Shown here in pieces: positions 1-7,250 of a DNA stretch of 64,000 bases; the stretch's first letter is position 1; each line of letters begins with the position of its first letter. The position numbers and the translations under genes are program-made. The notes under the pieces are model-generated. The model had not been told where the DNA came from. It saw only the letters and a program-made list of their open reading frames with translations, and ran no database searches. This DNA comes from an uncultured Acidobacteriaceae bacterium. GTDB taxonomy: Bacteria; Acidobacteriota; Terriglobia; Terriglobales; Acidobacteriaceae. Location of the stretch: the NCBI GenBank assembly GCA_963749275.1, contig CAVVNA010000017.1, forward strand, positions 5,098 through 69,097. Direction: 5' to 3'.

Positions 1-192
1 TCGTCCGCCTCCGCTCGCCTAGCTCGTCCCAACTCAGTTCGGCACTAAACAGTATCCCGCTCTGGAGTGTGTGTTCCACCACGTTGGGATCGCCGTAAAA
101 CCAAAGCCTTCCCGTTTCAACCGCTAAAACGGGGAGACGAAGTTCGGCGTGGCTGTCGAGCGGCCACGAAACCCAGCAAAGGGGGCTGACCA

Positions 193-915
193 ATGTCGGT
201 TCAACTTACAGATAGGACCAGCGGGCAGAACGTCTTCGCCTTGCCGGATTGCAGCCAAGCAGGAAGCATCGACGTATCGTTGATGGCAGCAGCCAAATGC
301 GGAGACGCAACCGCTTTTGAGGAACTGATACGCCGGCACGAGCGAAGGCTTCATCGTGTGGTGAAAAGAATCACTCATAACCGCGAGGACGCCGAGGATG
401 CTGTGCAAGATTGTCTTCTCAAGGCATTTGTGCATCTCTCCGAGTTTCGTGGGGGCTCTGAATTCTCCACTTGGCTGACCCGAATTGCCATCAACGAAGC
501 GCTGATGAATCTTCGCAGAAACCGCCGAAAGAATGAGGTTCCGGTCGGCGAGCCGCGTGGAGCCGAAGATTTGCACCCGGAAATTGCGGATTTGGGTCTC
601 TCTCCGGAAGAGGCTTATTCCTTGCGGGAATTGCAACAGGTTCTGATTGACATGGTGGAAGGGCTTAAGCCGACCTCCCGGGCAGTTTTTCAGCTCCACT
701 ACTTGCAGCAGCTTTCGACGAATGCCACGGCGAGTTTCATGGGGCTCCCGGTTTCGACTGTCAAGGCTCGCCTGCATCGGGCTCGACTGGAACTGCGCCA
801 AGCCTTGGAAAAGCGCTTTCGCCCACAGGAAAAATTCTCGACCGTAAATGAAAACAGGTTATCCCGATGCAATTCAAGGGGAAAGCGATATGAGCAAGCG
901 CTTTGTTGTAATTAA
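193..915 (+). CDS. ECF-type RNA polymerase sigma-70 family sigma factor
   Basis: 240-aa ORF; region 2 'DATAFEELIRRHERRLHRVVKRITHNREDAEDAVQDCLLKAF..FSTWLTRIAINEALMNLRRNR' and region 4 HTH 'LSTNATASFMGLPVSTVKARLHRARLEL'; 3' tail overlaps next CDS by 26 nt. Confidence 0.85.
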   Translation: MSVQLTDRTSGQNVFALPDCSQAGSIDVSLMAAAKCGDATAFEELIRRHERRLHRVVKRITHNREDAEDAVQDCLLKAFVHLSEFRGGSEFSTWLTRIAINEALMNLRRNRRKNEVPVGEPRGAEDLHPEIADLGLSPEEAYSLRELQQVLIDMVEGLKPTSRAVFQLHYLQQLSTNATASFMGLPVSTVKARLHRARLELRQALEKRFRPQEKFSTVNENRLSRCNSRGKRYEQALCCN

Positions 916-1837
916 CCCAATACTCGTTTTGGCTCTATGGGCATCTGTCAGCAGCCTTGCGGCCGAGGAAGCTCCGCCCGCAAACGGGACGCCGGCACAC
1001 ATGCTGGTCACCGTCGAGGCTGTTCATGGTACCAACGTGCCGGTCATTGACCGCGAGGATGTGCTGGTTTATGAGGGACGCGATCGCGACAAAGTGACCG
1101 ATTGGGTTCCCGCACAGGGAGATCACGCAGCACTCGAACTCGTGGTTATGCTCGACGATGGGTCCAATACCAGTCTTGGCACACAACTGGAGGACCTTCG
1201 CCAATTCATCACCGCACAGCCGGCATCCACCAAGATTGCGGTTGCGTACATGCAAGACGGAATCGCGAGGATGGAACAGAATCTGACCAGCGATCATGCT
1301 CTCGCTGCGAAAGCTCTGCGCCTTCCTATGGGAATTCGCGGCATCAACGGCAGCCCATATTTTTCGCTCAGCGACCTGATCAAGCACTGGCCGGAAACGA
1401 CCGCGCGCCGAGAGGTTCTCCTGGTATCCGACGGAATTGATCGGTACTACGGAAGCGGAGATATGCTGGATCCGTATCTAGCCGCGGCCATCGAAGATGC
1501 TCAGCATGCTGGCGTCGTCGTCTTTGTGATCTATACCCCGGGCGTAGGTCACTACGGTCATAGCTACTGGCGGACATATTGGGGTCAGCTTTACCTCGCG
1601 CAGGTTGCGGAGGAAACCGGCGGTGAATCTTATTACATTGGCTTCTTCGGGCCACCGGTTGCATTCACTCCCTACCTGGACGACATGGAGCATCGGTTGA
1701 CTCGCCAGTACTTCTTGACCTTTACCGCCAGGCCCCAGAAAAAGGGCGGGCTGCAGCGGGTAAAGCTCACGACAGAAGTATCGAATGCAGAGCTGGTTTC
1801 GGCGGAACGAGTTTACGTCCCCGCCGGGGCACCGTAA
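890..1837 (+). CDS. secreted VWFA-related (acidobacterial TIGR03436-like) von Willebrand factor A domain protein
   Basis: Signal peptide MSKRFVVINPILVLALWASVSSLA after an AGGGGA SD-like run (longest ORF starts 848); 'LELVVMLDDGSNTS', 'REVLLVSDGIDRY', 'VVVFVIY', 'LAQVAEETGGESYY' follow the VWA strand order. Confidence 0.7.
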   Translation: MSKRFVVINPILVLALWASVSSLAAEEAPPANGTPAHMLVTVEAVHGTNVPVIDREDVLVYEGRDRDKVTDWVPAQGDHAALELVVMLDDGSNTSLGTQLEDLRQFITAQPASTKIAVAYMQDGIARMEQNLTSDHALAAKALRLPMGIRGINGSPYFSLSDLIKHWPETTARREVLLVSDGIDRYYGSGDMLDPYLAAAIEDAQHAGVVVFVIYTPGVGHYGHSYWRTYWGQLYLAQVAEETGGESYYIGFFGPPVAFTPYLDDMEHRLTRQYFLTFTARPQKKGGLQRVKLTTEVSNAELVSAERVYVPAGAP

Positions 1838-1950
1838 CCGGCACGAGAAAAAATGCATATTTGACGATGTCTCTTTCGGTGACTGAAGATAGCCACAAAT
1901 TAGGTAACCAAAATCATCGTACGATCATCAGTACAGGTAAGGTGGGGCAG

Positions 1951-2286
1951 ATGTCGCTTGGGCGGCATATCTGGAGTGGGAGTCACAGGACGATCTGGCT
2001 TCGAACCGTGCTTGCTTCCCTCGCGCTTTTTGCCGTTCTGGCTGCGCGAAATGTCGCTCCCGATTTCTCCACGGCGTCGTGTGTTCCTTCCACCGTCAGC
2101 GTCGGCTCCCACCACGACCAGAGACCGCGGTTTGACGACAGCGGCTCGAAATGGAATGCTCCTGCTGGCACATTTCAATTACTTCCTCCCACTGGCGAAA
2201 CGGCTCTCTTAAGACCGACGCCGCAGCTCTTCTCCACGCTTCAGATCAAGGGCTTCCACTACAATCGCCCGCCTCCGATTCGCTAA
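1951..2286 (+). CDS. small membrane-anchored protein with C-terminal YNRPPP motif (paralog of 4480..4833)
   Basis: ATG preceded by AAGGTGGGG SD (longest ORF from 1861); one TM helix LRTVLASLALFAVLAA; gap-free alignment to the 4480 ORF over about 60 aa. Confidence 0.55.
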   Translation: MSLGRHIWSGSHRTIWLRTVLASLALFAVLAARNVAPDFSTASCVPSTVSVGSHHDQRPRFDDSGSKWNAPAGTFQLLPPTGETALLRPTPQLFSTLQIKGFHYNRPPPIR

Positions 2287-2434
2287 TTCGTCCTACCGAA
2301 GCATCAATAGCGTTTTCTGGGAGTGCCTCATTCTCAGCCACTCTTAGAAAACGCGTTCTCTGCTGCATGGAGTCCCAAGAGCGTGCAACAGACGGAGCCC
2401 GAAACGGACGCGGATTATTAATAGGAGAGACCAA

Positions 2435-2779
2435 ATGAGTGGAATGAAGATTCTGTGCGTGGAAGACCACCCCGAGGACATGGCAATTCTGACGGCGGCG
2501 CTCGAAGGGATTGGCTACGAAGTGATGCCTGCCAGCAACGGAGGGCAGGCGATCGATCTGTTTACCAAGCAAGCGGTCGATGGAGTGCTCTTGGAAGACA
2601 ACTTGCCGGATGCAACCGGGACTACATTGCGCACGAAACTGAAATCGATACATCCCGACATCCCCGTCCTGTTGTTTGCCGGAGTCGGCGGGCAGACAAA
2701 ATTCATGCTGCGCTTCTTGGACGCCTATTTGCGAAATGCGGAGCGGGTTGGAGATGGCTTAGCAGGATTGGAGGTGTAA
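2435..2779 (+). CDS. stand-alone CheY-like receiver domain protein, atypical (Glu at phospho-acceptor position)
   Basis: 114-aa ORF after TAGGAGAG SD; 'KILCVEDHPED..GYEV..ASNGGQAIDL..VDGVLLEDNLPDATG..IPVLLFAG' has the receiver fold pattern; no output domain. Confidence 0.8.
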   Translation: MSGMKILCVEDHPEDMAILTAALEGIGYEVMPASNGGQAIDLFTKQAVDGVLLEDNLPDATGTTLRTKLKSIHPDIPVLLFAGVGGQTKFMLRFLDAYLRNAERVGDGLAGLEV

Positions 2780-2908
2780 CCGCAGAACATTCGCGGAGGA
2801 CACAGCAGATGGAAAGCTCGCCAATCAGCGAGTGAATCTCGAGTCAATTTGAGGAGAACGGGATGAGGACCGCCTCCCCTAAACCGAATTACGAAAAGGA
2901 GTACGACA

Positions 2909-3535
2909 ATGACAAATATCAATCGGACAACGAGCGTTGCAGTCGCGATCTTGGCACTGGGCACACTTTTTCTGACGATTCGCTCTTACGCATCGCCTGG
3001 TGATTTCTATCCGTCTCATACAGATGCGAAGGTGATCGCCCACTTGGCACTGTCCGGCGCATCGCCGCGACAAATGTTCCTGCAGCAAGCTGGCAGGAAG
3101 CAGTATTTGTACTTGCAGCAGCCTGCCCAGGAAGCCCTCACGGTTGTCGATGTAACCAAGCCGACAAAACCAAAAATAGTCAGTCACGTGCTGGGGGAAA
3201 ACTTAACCCTGGTGAGTTCCGGGCTCGCAATCGCTGAAAAGCCTAACAACTCTGCAGCCGTGGATGCTTCTCGCACAACTGGAGGCGCAGAAGGCGCTCG
3301 CGGCGGGGGTAGTGTCTCGGAGTCGGTTCGCGTGCTTGACGTAAGCGACCCGGCGCATCCGCGGACGGTTCAGACCTTCCGTGGAGTCACAAGCGTTTTG
3401 CCGGATGATGCACGCGGCTTGATCTATGTGGCGAACGTCGAGGGCATCTGGATCCTGTCGCACCAGCAAGTGTTGCGGAGGCATTTGTGCGGTTCGTCGG
3501 ATGCCATCTCGTCGGCCATTCCGAACTGCGATTAG
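2909..3535 (+). CDS. secreted hypothetical protein, LVIVD-repeat-like
   Basis: AAAAGGAG SD; signal peptide 'VAVAILALGTLFLTIRSYA'; repeated 'LTVVDVTKPTKPKIV', 'VRVLDVSDPAHPRTV', 'IYVANVEGIWIL' resemble LVIVD beta-propeller repeats. Confidence 0.55.
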   Translation: MTNINRTTSVAVAILALGTLFLTIRSYASPGDFYPSHTDAKVIAHLALSGASPRQMFLQQAGRKQYLYLQQPAQEALTVVDVTKPTKPKIVSHVLGENLTLVSSGLAIAEKPNNSAAVDASRTTGGAEGARGGGSVSESVRVLDVSDPAHPRTVQTFRGVTSVLPDDARGLIYVANVEGIWILSHQQVLRRHLCGSSDAISSAIPNCD

Positions 3536-4479
3536 CAGCGCGCATGAGGTTTGGATAGCACAATGGTAGCGACCTTCCGATGGTGTCAACCAGTGACTCG
3601 CATGTCTCGGAAAGGAGATTAATGTCCGCGAGAAAGACTTGTCGGCCGAAAGTGCGCGCCTTAAGGGTGTAGCGCCGCTTCGTTCGACAAGATCGTGGAG
3701 AACATAGGGTTCTCTCCGGCACAGTGTGCAAGCTCTGCGAGACTCAAGAGGGGGTGCGCGTCAACGGAGGGCGGGTTGAGAGCCCGCAATGCCGCTTTAT
3801 ATGGAAGGAAAGAACGGGAGCGCTATGGAAGCGGTCTTAATTCTCTATGCAATTTGCGCTTCCGCTGTCTTGATTTGGAGCACATCACATCATAGTGACG
3901 ACCTGAGTCAGAAGTGTACTCATCCAGCCTCGAAACCCACAATCGACTATATTGCCATCCCCAGTTTCCTGCTTAGTGAATGGATTGCCTGTTATCCGAA
4001 TCTGGTGGTCTTCAGCATATTCAGCGATAGCCAAAGAAAGGCAGGGAAAGAAGACTGTCCGGGAATGCTGACGATCTCCATGAACGATTTACCCGGCCTG
4101 TTGAAATTGTTTCCACCCGGAAGCACGGGGCCTTTGTCCGCGGCGATGACATCGAGCGCTTTGACGCCCAGATTGAGGCTGAGCTCTTGCAACTCGGCAT
4201 CGAGGCCATCTACTTCTTGGACGACGGTGGCAAATGTCCACCGTGCGTTACTGTGGAGGAGAGGGCTTGAGCCCGATATCGGCGACAAACGCGTTGGTGA
4301 TTCTCGTATGGCGGGCCGGCTCCGTCCATCGCACGCTCTCTGAGGTGGTCTTGGAAGTGCTCGACGCGGAAGGAAAGCAACTTAACGCGGTCTCCAAGCG
4401 TCCAAGGAAACGAATACTAGTAACTTGCGTAATCTTTCTGTCCCGTGGTAAATGTGTATAGTGTTGTGGCAGTTGATCC

Positions 4480-4833
4480 GTGCATGGATCTGAGATGGCT
4501 ATGCTAGAAGATTCTCACGCGCGAACAAGCTCCGCGTCTCGGTGCCGGATTGCCGTAATTGTTCTAGCCATTTGTTCCCTGTCGGCAAGCCTGGCGACTC
4601 GTTACACCGAGCTGGGTCCGGAAGTCGGGAAAGTAGCGGCGGTGAAATCCCTATCTCCGGATGTCCAGAGGCAGCGCCTTCTTAGCAACGCACTCCAGTG
4701 GACCCAACCAATTTCCAGCTTCACGCTTTTTCAACTGCCGCGGCCTTCCATTGCTGCGGTCTCGGTGGTCGTCCCGTCTACGAATCTTAGTTCCGAGAGC
4801 TGGCTTTATAACCGACCCCCTCCCTTCTGCTGA
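4480..4833 (+). CDS. small membrane-anchored protein with C-terminal YNRPPP motif (paralog of 1951..2286)
   Basis: 117-aa ORF (GTG start; ATG alternative at 4495); TM helix IAVIVLAICSLSASLA; ends 'SWLYNRPPPFC'. Confidence 0.5.
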   Translation: MHGSEMAMLEDSHARTSSASRCRIAVIVLAICSLSASLATRYTELGPEVGKVAAVKSLSPDVQRQRLLSNALQWTQPISSFTLFQLPRPSIAAVSVVVPSTNLSSESWLYNRPPPFC

Positions 4834-5141
4834 CTTTCCGTCTTTTGCAGCTAATCACTGTTCTTGGACTCAACCCCAGTCATTGAAATTGACTGAGGCA
4901 ACACCGCACGAACGCGAGGTTCAAGTGCGGATTGATCGAGTCCGAGCCAAGTGCGACAATCCTGTACATCAAATTCCGGGCACCGGTGAGGTTAAGCTTG
5001 GCATTGTCCGGCGTGATCCCGGGGGGGATTGTTGTGGTCCGGGAAAATTAGACAAACTCGACTCTTTGGGGAGGGCCGCATAGGGATTGGTAGAAAGATT
5101 TGCCGTTGTGGGGTTAGCTCGGTTCGCGAAAGGAAACGCGC

Positions 5142-5843
5142 ATGGCCATGGAGTCTTTGACCGAAGAAGATCTCGCTGCTCTTCGCCAGTTTGACACTTG
5201 CATGGTCTCGAATGCAATCGAGACATTTGACGCCAGGCTTCGGAACACAGGATTTGCCGATGGCAGCATTCGCTGCATGTTCCAGGATGGAGAAGCTCCG
5301 CCCATGGTGGGCTATGCCGCCACGGCTCGTCTTCGAAGCGGGGAACCGCCAATTGTGGGCGGCAGCTTTCATGATCGTACCGCCTTCTGGAACAGCATTC
5401 TCGAAGTTCCCGAGCCTCGCATCCTGGTTTTGGAGGACATGGACAACCCGCCCGGGCGCGGGGCTTTTCTGGGCGATATGCACGCCGCCATCCTTAAGGC
5501 GCTAGGGTGTATCGGTTACTTAACCAACGGTGCCGTGCGCGAGTTGCCCGCCGTGCGCGCAATCGGTATCCAGTTGTTTGCCGGAAGTGTCGCGGTTTCT
5601 CATGCCTACGCGCACATCTTCGATTTGGGCGCCACTGTCAGGGTGGGGGGCATGGAAGTCCACCCCGGAGATTTGTTGCACGGCGACCGCCACGGAGTGC
5701 TGACGGTACCAATGGAATTCGCAACTAAGATTCCGGACGCTGCGGCCCGGTTGCAACGGGCGGAACGAACGGTGATCGACTTTTGCCGATCCAGCGCGTT
5801 CTCAGTCGCCAAGCTGCGCGAAATTATGAAAGCGACGCGTTAG
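5142..5843 (+). CDS. RraA family protein (RraA / 4-hydroxy-4-methyl-2-oxoglutarate aldolase-like)
   Basis: 'LRQFDTCMVSNAIE', 'GAFLGDMHAAILKALGCIGYLTNGAVRE', 'GMEVHPGDLLHGDRHGVLTVP' match the RraA/demethylmenaquinone-methyltransferase-like fold pattern. Confidence 0.8.
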   Translation: MAMESLTEEDLAALRQFDTCMVSNAIETFDARLRNTGFADGSIRCMFQDGEAPPMVGYAATARLRSGEPPIVGGSFHDRTAFWNSILEVPEPRILVLEDMDNPPGRGAFLGDMHAAILKALGCIGYLTNGAVRELPAVRAIGIQLFAGSVAVSHAYAHIFDLGATVRVGGMEVHPGDLLHGDRHGVLTVPMEFATKIPDAAARLQRAERTVIDFCRSSAFSVAKLREIMKATR

Positions 5844-5932
5844 GGACAACCACAAGATTTGCGCTCTGGGTCATTGAACCGATGGAACATTGCTGGCTGG
5901 ACATGCCAGAGAAAGCTGGTAAAGAGAACTCG

Positions 5933-7198
5933 ATGGATGAGATTAGCAATCAATCGGGCGGAATACCAACACGAGGCATCGGATTTTCAAAGCTGATCTT
6001 GCTGGCCAGCCTTGTGTCTCTGGTGGTCGAATTCGTCGCTTGCTCAGGGGGCGGAAGTCATGTTCAGGCGTCGGCCATTGCGGTGGGCGTGACCAAAGTC
6101 GTGCGCAAGTCGCTGGGTCGGCAAATCACCTTGTCCTCCGAGTTGGTGCCCTTCCAGGAAATCGATGTGTACGCGAAGGAATCCGGTTTCGTCAAGAATC
6201 TGCTAGTCGACTATGGCACCCGCGTAAGGGCCGGCCAGGTCATGGCGATCCTCGAGATTCCCGAGCTGGAAGCGCAGCTTCAGCAAGATCAGGCGGAAAT
6301 CAAGAATGCGATGAATCAAGTCAGCCGGGCCCAGCACGAATTGGCCCGAGATCAGGCACAGTACAACGCGCTCCACCTGGAATATACGCGTCTGAATGGA
6401 GTCTTTCAGAGCCAGCCTGGAATTGTCGCGCAGCAGGAAGTGGATGACGCACAGGGGAAAGATCTGGCGGCATCCGCTCAGGTGGATGCTGGCCAGGCGG
6501 CGCTGGAGGCGTCCCAGAGCCAGCTCTCCGCTGCCAAGGCAAAGCTGGCTCACGATCAGAGCCTGTTTGACTACTCGAAGATCACGGCTCCGTTTTCCGG
6601 AGTTGTAACGGAGCGCTACGCGAACCTCGGGACCCTGGTGCAGGGGGGCACGGGTTCGAGCACGCAAGCGATGCCCATCGTCCGTTTGTCCGAGGATGAT
6701 CTTTTCCGGCTCGTGATTCCGGTCCCGGAGTCTTACGTTCGCTACATCAAAGTCGGCGATCACGTGGACGTCCGCGTGCCTTCTCTCAATCACACTTTTC
6801 CGGGCAAAGTTGCGCGCTTCTCCGTGGATGTGCGCGAAGACACGCGCACCATGCACACGGAAGTGGACGTTCCGAATCCGGACCGAGTTCTGCTGCCGGG
6901 TCTCTACGCCGACGCGGAGCTTTCCCTCGATCGAAAAGAGGATGTTGCGACGGTGCCGGTTCAGGCTTTGAATCACGAAGGCGAAAAAACCACCGTCTTT
7001 GTGGTGAAACAGGATGGAGAACTGGAGGACCGCAGCGTGCAACTTGGATTGGAGACAGCCAGCGATGCCGAAATCACCTCCGGACTAAACGAGGGAGAGC
7101 AGGTCGTGGTGAGCGATCGCAGCGGTCTGAAGGCGGGCGAAAAGGTTCGTCCGCAGGTTGTAGCCGTGATGGAGTATCACGAGCAGAGCGCGCATTAG
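5933..7198 (+). CDS. efflux RND transporter periplasmic adaptor (membrane fusion protein, HlyD family)
   Basis: Lipobox-like 'LVVEFVAC'; coiled-coil 'LEAQLQQDQAEIKNAMNQVSRAQHELARDQAQYNAL..'; 'ITAPFSGVVTERYANLGTLV'; beta-barrel tail; the longest ORF (5783) overlaps the RraA gene, so an internal ATG (5933 or 5882) is preferred. Confidence 0.85.
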   Translation: MDEISNQSGGIPTRGIGFSKLILLASLVSLVVEFVACSGGGSHVQASAIAVGVTKVVRKSLGRQITLSSELVPFQEIDVYAKESGFVKNLLVDYGTRVRAGQVMAILEIPELEAQLQQDQAEIKNAMNQVSRAQHELARDQAQYNALHLEYTRLNGVFQSQPGIVAQQEVDDAQGKDLAASAQVDAGQAALEASQSQLSAAKAKLAHDQSLFDYSKITAPFSGVVTERYANLGTLVQGGTGSSTQAMPIVRLSEDDLFRLVIPVPESYVRYIKVGDHVDVRVPSLNHTFPGKVARFSVDVREDTRTMHTEVDVPNPDRVLLPGLYADAELSLDRKEDVATVPVQALNHEGEKTTVFVVKQDGELEDRSVQLGLETASDAEITSGLNEGEQVVVSDRSGLKAGEKVRPQVVAVMEYHEQSAH

Positions 7199-7250
7199 CG
7201 CGGCCATCGCGGATACCTGACCAAGCTACGACTGCGACAGGACAAATTTT

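Noticed and set aside
102-134. Hairpin CCCGTTT-N9-AAACGGG near the window start as a terminator
   Set aside because: No U-tract follows on the plus strand. On the minus strand, where a T-rich run follows, there is no upstream gene to terminate. Its role is undetermined.
3789-4343. 184-aa plus-strand ORF in the gene-poor 3.5-4.5 kb stretch
   Set aside because: It has no motifs, an odd composition and no SD, and it overlaps equally unconvincing minus-strand frames. The region is treated as non-coding or decayed.
4895-4935. GGTTCAAG sequence resembling a tRNA T-loop
   Set aside because: The flanking bases do not form a 5-bp T-stem, acceptor stem or anticodon arm. No cloverleaf can be drawn.
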